Of a stretch of 64,000 nt of DNA, positions 1 to 8,901 are shown one piece after another. The notes beneath the pieces are model-generated. The model saw nothing but the letters and a program-made list of their open reading frames with translations, was not told where the DNA came from and made no database searches. The stretch covers positions 62,001 through 126,000 of the forward strand of contig CDRNVI010000015.1 in NCBI GenBank assembly GCA_977017575.1, given 5' to 3'. Both the position numbers and the translations under genes were made by a program. This DNA is from Paramoeba atlantica (taxonomy: Eukaryota; Protista; Discosea). Numbering within the stretch: the first letter of the stretch is position 1; every line of letters starts with the position of its first letter.

Positions 1-254
1 CACGGTAAATATGTCAGCAAACGTATGACTCTAACAAAAGCTCTTTGTATGTGTAGGGTAGGTAGATAAAAAAAGTTCCTTGTATGCATAGGACAGGAGC
101 CTAAATAGAGAAATTATGGTGGAAAAAAAAGACGAGCATATTTATTGAACTTGCACCTCTTTGGATGACCCGCCGCTTTTTTTTAACGCGTTATCTTGCC
201 AATTTCTTTTTTTATATTGCATTACAGGACACTTTTGAAATACATCTGGTTTCT

Positions 255-305
255 TTTTTTCTAAAACAGTCAATTCCAAACTGTTTTTTCTAAAACAGTC
301 AATTC
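255..305. repeat. 22-bp direct repeat (TTTTTTCTAAAACAGTCAATTC x2, period 29)
   Basis: Exact copies at 255-276 and 284-305. Confidence 0.85.
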
Positions 306-460
306 GTTTGCAAACCTTTATTCCTCCTATTTACCTTTGCTTGATAATTTTTATTGAACAGGGTCCAACAGAATAGAGCGACACAAGACACATTACTTTG
401 GCATTGCTATACAGTATCGTACATTGCAAACTTTGAAGTCGCTGAAAGAATTGGTTTCAC

Positions 461-521
461 AAACTACTTAATGTAATTCACAAACTACTTAGTAATATAT
501 AGTTTTTACTTAAACTACTTA
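461..521 (+). repeat. Three AAACTACTTA copies (four TACTTA) immediately upstream of the SF1 ATG
   Basis: 10-mers at 461, 482 and 512; extra TACTTA at 507; last copy ends 2 nt before ATG 523. Confidence 0.75.
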
Positions 522-522
522 C

Positions 523-1350
523 ATGACAGCGGAAGGCAAAACCTCACGTTGGAGCAAAGAAAAATATCCCACACATGGTATTCCGACTTATTTGCCACAA
601 GAGATGTTACTGGAACATGATGGAAAGGCCACGCGAGCGGTGGTATTGCGAGCGCAACTGCAGGATATGGAACGGCTTCGCGAAGCGCAAAATATTGATA
701 TCTACTATGCGCGACGTCGGGAATATTCTCCTAATGATAAATGGGACGCCAAAGGACATCGAGTAAATGTGAAAGAGAAAATGTTCCTTGAACGAATGAA
801 CCAAATCCGCGCTGAGATAACAAACTTAAATGCGGAGGCACATGGTCGAATTCCTGATGCCCAGACGAAGGAGATTGTCCATAAAATATATTTCACTCGT
901 AGGCAGATGGAGGAAAGGCTTCATGGAGCGTTGATCGGCGTTCGTGGCAAGACACAACAAGAACTGGAACGGGAGACCAATTGTCGCATTTTACTTGCTG
1001 GAAAAGGAATCTCTAACAATGCCCGACACCACGCATCGCCGGAAGATGCGGGCGATAAGCCACACTGTAAAATTCTTGCACCAGATGAGGAAACGCTGCA
1101 GCGTGCCATTGCAAAGATACAATTTTTGTTGAGCGATGATCCGGAGGCTGAGGCCTTGCGAGATGAAAATCGTCGCCGTCTGGCTATTGCGAACGGGACC
1201 TATCGAGAGGATTTATGGCGTGCGCGAACTGTGAAGTCTAGCATAACGTCGTTGGATGGAAATTCTGCGAGAGACACGCACCCAGATGTCGGAAAGAAAG
1301 GAGAGGAAACAATGGACCAAGATGTTAGGGAATTTCTTAAACAAGTGTAA
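523..1350 (+). CDS. SF1: Splicing factor 1 / branch-point binding protein (KH domain)
   Basis: N-terminal KTSRWS (ULM-like SRW); YSPNDKWDAKGHRVNVKE resembles the SF1 SPSP/helix-hairpin region; KH motif LIGVRGKTQQELERETNCRILLAGKG. Confidence 0.85.
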   Translation: MTAEGKTSRWSKEKYPTHGIPTYLPQEMLLEHDGKATRAVVLRAQLQDMERLREAQNIDIYYARRREYSPNDKWDAKGHRVNVKEKMFLERMNQIRAEITNLNAEAHGRIPDAQTKEIVHKIYFTRRQMEERLHGALIGVRGKTQQELERETNCRILLAGKGISNNARHHASPEDAGDKPHCKILAPDEETLQRAIAKIQFLLSDDPEAEALRDENRRRLAIANGTYREDLWRARTVKSSITSLDGNSARDTHPDVGKKGEETMDQDVREFLKQV

Positions 1351-1472
1351 TGGGTGGAATGAAATAGACTGTAGAGTGAATTTTGGGAAGATGTCTACAT
1401 GAATCCTATGCATAAACAAAGATAGGGTTTCTTGCCTTGTTGGTACTTAGCCTTCGCTCATCCTTTCTTTCC

Positions 1473-1519
1473 CCGGCAACGGGCATACTCTTACTCTAAA
1501 TTTTTATACCCGTTGCCGG
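1473..1519. repeat. 11-bp perfect inverted repeat CCGGCAACGGG / CCCGTTGCCGG
   Basis: Arms at 1473-1483 and 1509-1519; ends 1 nt from the repeat element at 1521. Confidence 0.8.
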
Positions 1520-1520
1520 C

Positions 1521-1759
1521 ACGCGCTCCTCTACTTTGCTCCACCTCTATTTTGCTGAAGCAGGGGCCGTGTGATATAGGGATTGCGCTTCCGGTTTTCT
1601 GCACCTACACATGACGACTGAGCTCTGTGCGCCTGGGACCTCAGCTCTGCGCGCCCGCAAATCATCAGCGAGGGCAATCGCTCACGTTGTCCACCCGTGC
1701 TGTTGGGACAAAGACATTGTGGGTAAAGCTCTGTACTATAACTGATTGATAATATATAC
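1521..1759 (-). mobile_element. Shorter, diverged copy of the element inserted in ASCC3
   Basis: Reverse complement aligns with 18371-18560 (about 83% over a 90-nt core, lower at the 5' end), begins GTA and ends AGCGCGT like the ASCC3 insert. Confidence 0.85.
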
Positions 1760-1918
1760 TTTCATATACAGAATTTTTTGTAGGTGCATTACTGTATCCA
1801 ATACACGGTGTAGTGCGGACAATTACGGATAAAAGATTAGAATAATTTTTCATTTAGCAAAAGTGGTACGATTCTGTACAATGTACACACCGACGGAACC
1901 CTTGGAGAGTAATTCTTG

Positions 1919-3880
1919 ATGGCAAGGAAAAAGAAGAAAGTTGCTTCACCACAAGCATCCATATATCATCATCTGGCTCGCGATGTTGAGAATCCCGGCG
2001 ATGTACATACAAAGTCTAGATCCGTCCACGTCGACAAACAGAATTCCCCGACTCAAAGTGAACGCAAAAAAATGCTTCAACGCATTTATGGCCGCAAAGC
2101 GGCTCCAATTTTGACATTCAATTTACAAAGACGAACTTCTTTGTCCATACCTGATATTTCACGAACTCTGTTGTGTTTGCTCTGCGATGATGCAATCATG
2201 CCGAACTGGTTTATTGTCCGAAATCGCCCGTTCATTCATACCGTCTGTCTAATTGCAGTAGAAGGCTTTACAATTGAGGACAAATCGCACGTCTGTGAAC
2301 TAATCTCGATGACTAGTCCGCAACCTGATACCGCAACTCTTGATGGCCACCAGCACTCTCCAGGCACAGCCGAAATACTTCAATCTGTGCCAGTTTATTG
2401 CGACGGTAAGGATTGCAGAAGCCAAGACGACGTTTATCGCAAATTCTTTCTACAAAAAATTAACCGACAAAACCGAGCTACCGCAACTCTCAATAACGAA
2501 ATTGTCACTGCTACACGACCGGATCTCGTACACCACAGCAGCGTGTCTAGCGCCATGCAGTTCCTTGAGGCGGACGCTCAAACCTCTCCGGCAATTGAAG
2601 AAGTAAAACGGCATCTCTGCACCCCACCTACAAACTGGAAATGCCAACCCATTGACCTTTTGCTTCCCCACAGTGAACTCATCGTACACGGCTATCCCCT
2701 GAACGCAACTTCACACTCTCTACCCACCACGAATGCAACCAATCCCGTCCCCACCGACACTCTCCCCCCTACTACTTCTCTCTCTCTCCCCTGCTTCTCC
2801 CCCTTCCGCACCGCTCCCCTACGCCCTGACTCCACCCCCTCCCCTCCCTCCATCGTCGCCATCGACTGCGAGATGTGTCTCACCCCCTCCGGTTTCGAAC
2901 TCACCCGGGTCTCACTGATTGACTTCTTCACCCACTCCGTACTCTACGACACCCTTGTCCGGCCCCGTGGTACAATCACCGACTACCTTACCCAATACAG
3001 CGGCATCACCCCCGCACGGCTATCGAACTGTGATGTCACCTTAGAAGGGGATGTCCATCCCACCCTGTTTTCAAAATTCTTGTTTGAGGACACCATTGTG
3101 ATTGGCCACTCGTTGGAAAATGATTTAGCTGCGCTCAAGATTTCGCACGCAAACGTCATCGACACCGCTGTGGTCTACCCCCACCCCGCGGGGTTACCTC
3201 GGAAGAACTCCCTACGCTATCTGACCTATCGACACTTAAAACGGTATATTCAAAACGGCGATACGGGCCACGACAGTGTGGAAGACGCCATGGCGTGTGT
3301 GGAGTTGGTGAAGCTCAAGCTGGTCCATGGGGAGCGGTATGGGATGGAGGCGGGCATGCAGCCCACGGAGAGTATTCTGCGGCAGCTGGTAAAGAATGGG
3401 GTACGCTGTGCTGTGGTGGATTCGACCGAACGGGTCGCGTGGTTTATTCCGATTCCGTGTGCCGCGGGCGAACGGAAACGGGGGGTGGGTGCAGGGGAGG
3501 TGGGCGGTACGAGCGCAACAGGGAGTGTGGATGTGGTGGCGGCGTCAAATGATGAAAGGCTGGTGAAGCGACTGGTCACATTGTTACAACGGAAATATGA
3601 TGTGCAGAGCGATGAGGAGGAGGGCGATGAGAATTCAGGGAAGGATCGCCCATCTGACAGGTATTTCATTTGGGGTGGGTTATCCGGAATCTGTCCAAGC
3701 GACCTACCGAAAACACTTCATCCTGTAATGGAAGCTGCGTCGAAACATACTGTTTTTATGTTTTTTGGGTATCCTGACAATGCAAGTGCGCGTGAACAGG
3801 ATTCGGACGCTATGAGTGAAGTTGACTTTAAATCAGTCACAAAACCTTTAGGAGTCTTGGCACTCTGGGTTAAGCCCTAA
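1919..3880 (+). CDS. DEDDh 3'-5' RNA exonuclease, REX1/REXO1-like (copy A)
   Basis: AIDCEM, GHSLENDL, IDTA and GHDSVEDA motifs. First ATG is 1919; the ORF track starts at TTG 1916. Confidence 0.9.
   Translation: MARKKKKVASPQASIYHHLARDVENPGDVHTKSRSVHVDKQNSPTQSERKKMLQRIYGRKAAPILTFNLQRRTSLSIPDISRTLLCLLCDDAIMPNWFIVRNRPFIHTVCLIAVEGFTIEDKSHVCELISMTSPQPDTATLDGHQHSPGTAEILQSVPVYCDGKDCRSQDDVYRKFFLQKINRQNRATATLNNEIVTATRPDLVHHSSVSSAMQFLEADAQTSPAIEEVKRHLCTPPTNWKCQPIDLLLPHSELIVHGYPLNATSHSLPTTNATNPVPTDTLPPTTSLSLPCFSPFRTAPLRPDSTPSPPSIVAIDCEMCLTPSGFELTRVSLIDFFTHSVLYDTLVRPRGTITDYLTQYSGITPARLSNCDVTLEGDVHPTLFSKFLFEDTIVIGHSLENDLAALKISHANVIDTAVVYPHPAGLPRKNSLRYLTYRHLKRYIQNGDTGHDSVEDAMACVELVKLKLVHGERYGMEAGMQPTESILRQLVKNGVRCAVVDSTERVAWFIPIPCAAGERKRGVGAGEVGGTSATGSVDVVAASNDERLVKRLVTLLQRKYDVQSDEEEGDENSGKDRPSDRYFIWGGLSGICPSDLPKTLHPVMEAASKHTVFMFFGYPDNASAREQDSDAMSEVDFKSVTKPLGVLALWVKP
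2690..3560. other. GC-rich island, C-rich to G-rich switch (inside exonuclease A)
   Basis: C-runs about 2690-3060, G-runs about 3290-3560; boundaries approximate. Confidence 0.7.
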
Positions 3881-3971
3881 CCTTGTCTCCAATTTTTGGC
3901 CGTTTTCTCTTTGAGAAAGCACGGAAAGACCTCTCACACAACTCTGCTAGAGCTTTTCAATGTACTACATA

Positions 3972-4020
3972 TACATGTAATGTTACATTACATGTAATGG
4001 ACATACATTATGTATGTCCA
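3972..4020. repeat. Two adjacent palindromes (12-bp and 11-bp arms, 1-nt centres)
   Basis: TACATGTAATGT-T-ACATTACATGTA (3972-3996) and TGGACATACAT-T-ATGTATGTCCA (3998-4020). Confidence 0.85.
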
Positions 4021-4150
4021 AATTTGGGATATTTCCATGTGCTTCGCCCGATGTAAATATTTTATAAAGGCAAAAAATACTTTACATCCTTTGATTCCTA
4101 GCGCGTAGTTTTTTCAAAGAACTTGTAAAATTATTATCATTCCGATTTTG

Positions 4151-6094
4151 ATGACACGCGAAAAAAACAAAGTAGTACCACCCAAGGCATCCGCCACACA
4201 TCATCTGATGCGCGCTATTGAGAATCCAGAGGATGAGAATGTACAGTCTACATCATCTACAGATAATAGCGAACGTAATTCTCGGACGAAGAGGGAACGT
4301 ACGAAAGTATTCCATGAGCTCATTTTTAATAACACTATTTTGGCAATATCTGATATCTCGCGAGCACCTTTGAGCTTGCTTTGCGATGCTACAATCGCGC
4401 AGAACTGGCTTGCTGATCGAAACCTCCCGTTCATACAAACCGTCTGCCTAATTGTAATGGAGGGCTTCATAACTGATGAAAAATCTTATCTCAGTGACCT
4501 AGTTTCAATGATCAGGCCGTCAGTGAATAGCGATGCTACTATTGGCGATGCCGAACACTCGTCCTCCAATATTGACGACTTACTGATTTATGAATCTGTG
4601 CACTTTGACAGTAATGCTTGCAAAAGTCCTGATGACATTTATCGTAACTTCTTCTTTCACAAGTTTGCCAAAATTCAAACTAAAGTACTTCCAAGAATTG
4701 CCATTGTTAAATATTTATCTGCCCAGTATTGCCCAATAATTGGGCAGCCCCGTCCTGCGTTTTTGTTTCAATCGCTTGAAGTAGAAACTAACACCTCACC
4801 GACAACTACAAAAAGTGCAGGAAAGATATCTAGGTTACCAACGCTCTGGCAGTGCCATCCTTTCGATCTTTTGCTTCCCTACAGTGAATTAATAAATCAC
4901 GGGTACCCCCTTGTATCCACTTCCTCGTCCCAGCTTCTCGCCTCACAGGTGGAAAATCTTTCTCTATCAAACAGTTCGCTCCTTCCTATGTTCTCGCGAT
5001 CCTTTTCTCCATCTGTTCTCCATACCGCTTCCCCACGCCCTGAATCCGCACACTCTCATTCCTGCATCGTCGCCATTGACTGTGAAATGTGTGAGACTGA
5101 ATTTGGTAAGGAACTCAGCCGAATCTCAGTCGTCGATTTTTTCACCCACTCCGTACTCTACGACACACTCGTCCGGCCCCGTGGTACAATCACCGACTAC
5201 CTTACCCAATACAGTGGTATCACTCAGCGTCAACTTGCGAACTGTGATGTCACCTTAGAAGGGGATGTCCATCCCACCCTGTTTTCAAAATTCTTGTTTG
5301 AAGACACCATTGTGATTGGCCACTCGCTGGAGTATGATCTCATCGCGCTAAAGATAGCGCATGAAAAGGTGATTGACACCGCAGTGGTCTATCCCCACCC
5401 CGTTCGATCTACGCGAAAGCAATCCCTGCGGTCACTCACTGAAAAACACTTGAACCGGAAAATACAACAGAGCGCATCCGGCCATGACAGTGTGGAGGAC
5501 GCGATTGCATGTGTGGAGTTGGTGAAGCTGAAGCTCATCCATGGGGAACATTATGGGAACAGCTCCGTTCATCGGCACAAAGGAACCATTCTGCGACATT
5601 TGGTGCGAAATGGAGTACAGTGTAGTGTGGTAGATTCGCCAGAACGTGTGGCAAAGTTTATTCCATCCTGTTCACTAGGAGCGCGGAAGTCGGAAAATAG
5701 TGCGAGAGGAAGCGAAAATTCTACCACCGTGCGAGGCAGCGTGGATGGGATCGCCGCCCCTAACGATGCACAAGTGGTTCAGCAACTTGCTGCCTTGCTA
5801 CGAGGATGTTGCAGTAAGGATGTCAAAGATGCGGAAGGAGAAGACAATTCAGGGATTCAGCGTCCGGGAGACACACATTTCATCTGGGGTGGAATACACG
5901 GAACCAATCCAACTGATATACCTCAAACTTTATACCCTGCATTAGAGGCTGCACCAAAAGATACTGTCTTCATGTTCTTTGGATATCCTGACAATTCAAG
6001 TCTACGTGAACAGTCTTCTGTTTGCAGTACTAAAAGTGAAGGTGATTCACCGTCGAAGTCGTCAGGGTTCTTAGCGTTTTGGGCGAAGCCCTAA
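4151..6094 (+). CDS. DEDDh RNA exonuclease, REX1/REXO1-like (tandem paralog, copy B)
   Basis: Same motifs (AIDCEM, GHSLEYDL, GHDSVEDA); collinear with copy A from N-terminus to final W(A/V)KP. Confidence 0.9.
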   Translation: MTREKNKVVPPKASATHHLMRAIENPEDENVQSTSSTDNSERNSRTKRERTKVFHELIFNNTILAISDISRAPLSLLCDATIAQNWLADRNLPFIQTVCLIVMEGFITDEKSYLSDLVSMIRPSVNSDATIGDAEHSSSNIDDLLIYESVHFDSNACKSPDDIYRNFFFHKFAKIQTKVLPRIAIVKYLSAQYCPIIGQPRPAFLFQSLEVETNTSPTTTKSAGKISRLPTLWQCHPFDLLLPYSELINHGYPLVSTSSSQLLASQVENLSLSNSSLLPMFSRSFSPSVLHTASPRPESAHSHSCIVAIDCEMCETEFGKELSRISVVDFFTHSVLYDTLVRPRGTITDYLTQYSGITQRQLANCDVTLEGDVHPTLFSKFLFEDTIVIGHSLEYDLIALKIAHEKVIDTAVVYPHPVRSTRKQSLRSLTEKHLNRKIQQSASGHDSVEDAIACVELVKLKLIHGEHYGNSSVHRHKGTILRHLVRNGVQCSVVDSPERVAKFIPSCSLGARKSENSARGSENSTTVRGSVDGIAAPNDAQVVQQLAALLRGCCSKDVKDAEGEDNSGIQRPGDTHFIWGGIHGTNPTDIPQTLYPALEAAPKDTVFMFFGYPDNSSLREQSSVCSTKSEGDSPSKSSGFLAFWAKP

Positions 6095-6929
6095 AAATTG
6101 TCTCCGGTTACGAGGTTAGCTGGGCGGGGGGTTAGAGGGAAAAATCTCAGGTTTCTTTATATTTTATTCGTACTCTTCCGACACTACGTAATCTCCGTTC
6201 ATACTGCTGATGTGACACAAAGTTTATCTCAGTATGTTCATAGGTTTTGAGGAAGTCAAGGGTGCTTTTTTCTAAGGGTAGATACATTGTACGTCACACA
6301 TTTCTATATGTTATATTGGAAACGTGCCAAGATAGCTCAAATTAAATGGGCCAGTGTCGTATGATGTACTTGGTCAAAGATTATTAAACATTCTTGCTGA
6401 ATTGGAATAGTTGCTTAACGAATCATTTACGATTTCTTTATGAAACATATTTTTCTTATTTTTCCGAATTCGGAGATTTGGTCTTGCTGTTTGTTTTTCT
6501 GTCTTGCTCTTTGTCAGTAAAACGTTTTTTGATTCATTTTGTTAGGAAATATTTTTCCAGAACCTTGTTTTACCAAATTTTCATCTGATTAATACCAAAG
6601 CAGAAAAAACTGGATCCAGGAACTGAAATCTGAAGGTGATCAAATACTTTATTTACTTTCGTGTACCATTGTAAACTTTTTTTCTATTAAAAACTCTGAA
6701 ATGATTTTAAGTTCCAACATTCACTCTCCTGAGTTTTAGAAGATGATTTTGAGAGAAAAAAACTTTTATTTCTCAGAAAGTGAGCTTGCGTTGTGCATCT
6801 GTAAAGTAGTAAAACAAGGGAAAAATAAATTCATGACTATCTGAGAAAAACAAGTACTTGCTCTGTGACTGGTATTCCTAGACTTCCTTCTAGACTCATT
6901 GATTAAAACAATAGCATTCCTTACAGTAA

Positions 6930-8648
6930 ATGAGTCCACCACCGAGAGAAATTTTAACTTGCAGTTTAGGGGTCCTGGGTTCGTTGAGCTCTGTGCCTTA
7001 CTGGAATGCACTCACCACGAGAGATCAAGAAAACTCAACGCTTTATCGATGCGACGGGAAAGCATGTCGCCCAAGATTTATGGCGCTTTATCCCAGGCAT
7101 ATGCCATTGGAGAATTCTCCGGGCACCCAAAAGGTTTCATCTAATGAATGCGCCGATTGTGATCCTGAGCGTGATGCATGTAAAATTAGTAAGCCCCACG
7201 ACAGTACTTGTTTTTCTACACTTCGTTCAAATTTTCATAATCATGTCCATTTTGAACTTGATCTCCAGGAGAACTCAGATCAATTTGGCGGTCATTCAGC
7301 TACAGTCCAACAATTATGCCGTACAACTTGTGGTTCAGAATCATCCGAAAATGCGCGCAAGGGAAAGGAGCTCTCAAGATGGCATGAATGTATTACTTCA
7401 CAATACGGAGACCACTGTGGTGCACCACATGGTCTTCATTCTCGAACTTTGTTACCTGTTACGCTACCTGCTACGGCCGAACTAAGCTCAATGCCTAACC
7501 AGTTGGCCAGTCAGTCGCCTTTATCTATGTATGGTCTTGGAAAGGAGCTGTTTGCAAGTACCCGTGAGGTTGTACTAGACAATTTTCGATATTTTCTAGA
7601 AGAATGTGAACATCCTCAAGGCATACAGTTCTTTACAGAGGCAGACTCGATTTTTGGCGGTTTGCTCCCCGCCCTGACTGAAGCGGTTCAGGATGAAATC
7701 GGTCCCCTTGCCTTTATCGTGCGCGGTTCGATTAGGCCTTCTGTCACAGAGGTGTCTTCACATAATATTGTCTCGGAGATTAACGAGACAAGTCTCATGC
7801 AGACTGAAATCGCGCGGTGGATGAGTGCTGTTGAAATGAATAACTGCTCCACTCTGTATATGCCGATAGATCTCACAGCTTATGATGGGAAGATAGATGT
7901 GCTTCCCGGGTATACAAATCACATGATTGACACTACCCTGTCCAATGAATGGTTCTTACCATCGCTACTTGCTATTCCCTATCAAGTTGCGATGGATTGT
8001 AATTTAGGCCGGGAGCGTGCGACCGTACTGACACCTGGCTTGCCGAGCCGCCGTGTTTCATGCTTTCACGAGGTCGCTCATCAGTTGCAGTATTCTTCCA
8101 GCACTCGTATTCTACATTTGGACATGGCTTTTCCTCATCCTCGTGATTTATCTCACATTCGCCATGGTTCGAGAAAGGCAGAAGACTTTTTTCATTATTC
8201 ATCTTTCAACTGTAGACCTAAAACAGAGCAGACATACTCTCAATTGTGGTCAAGTCGGGGAATTGAAACATCTGTCATGGAAATAGAACATGTCCTGCGA
8301 TCGCGGCAATATGCACAGACTTATAGTCCGAAACGAGCAATATACATTTCTGCACAACCCTATCCTTTGCATCCACTAACCCCTTCGAAGTTTTTGGGTC
8401 TCGAATCAAATGCAGATCTCTCGTCCCTGAAGTTCAGTGAAGTTCCAGTTGCAGTCTGTGGCACAATGGGTTCCCAAACTGCTACATGGGTGAAAGAGTT
8501 GGCCGATGCTATCAATGGTTTGAGAAAAAACTCTTCTTTGCGGCGTAGCATCACTGGTCGAACGTACCCATATATGGAGCACGATGATTGGGTGGGATTG
8601 TTTGAGCACAGTGATGCGCTTATTGATGACTACAGTTCTACACATTGA
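6930..8648 (+). CDS. MSTO1: Misato/DML1 family (tubulin/FtsZ-related) protein
   Basis: REILTCSLGVLGSLSSVPYWN matches Misato segment II; DNFRYFLEECEHPQGIQFFTEADSIFGG matches the tubulin-like core. Confidence 0.8.
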   Translation: MSPPPREILTCSLGVLGSLSSVPYWNALTTRDQENSTLYRCDGKACRPRFMALYPRHMPLENSPGTQKVSSNECADCDPERDACKISKPHDSTCFSTLRSNFHNHVHFELDLQENSDQFGGHSATVQQLCRTTCGSESSENARKGKELSRWHECITSQYGDHCGAPHGLHSRTLLPVTLPATAELSSMPNQLASQSPLSMYGLGKELFASTREVVLDNFRYFLEECEHPQGIQFFTEADSIFGGLLPALTEAVQDEIGPLAFIVRGSIRPSVTEVSSHNIVSEINETSLMQTEIARWMSAVEMNNCSTLYMPIDLTAYDGKIDVLPGYTNHMIDTTLSNEWFLPSLLAIPYQVAMDCNLGRERATVLTPGLPSRRVSCFHEVAHQLQYSSSTRILHLDMAFPHPRDLSHIRHGSRKAEDFFHYSSFNCRPKTEQTYSQLWSSRGIETSVMEIEHVLRSRQYAQTYSPKRAIYISAQPYPLHPLTPSKFLGLESNADLSSLKFSEVPVAVCGTMGSQTATWVKELADAINGLRKNSSLRRSITGRTYPYMEHDDWVGLFEHSDALIDDYSSTH

Positions 8649-8901
8649 TAGATTTCACGTCATACGAATGTATCAAACTTGTACAAGCATAAAAAAATTA
8701 CTGTTTTGCATAATACAACGTTATCTTATTCACTAATGCACAAGCATGCGATCTAGGCAGCATAGAAATAGTACATTTAGACGTGCATCATAGAGTAAAA
8801 GACTATGATAAAATGATGAATCTTTTTGTGTGTTTTATACTCAAATTCGTAGATTTTAGAATAGTTGAGGGTTTTCAAGCTTACGTTATTTTGGGTATGG
8901 A

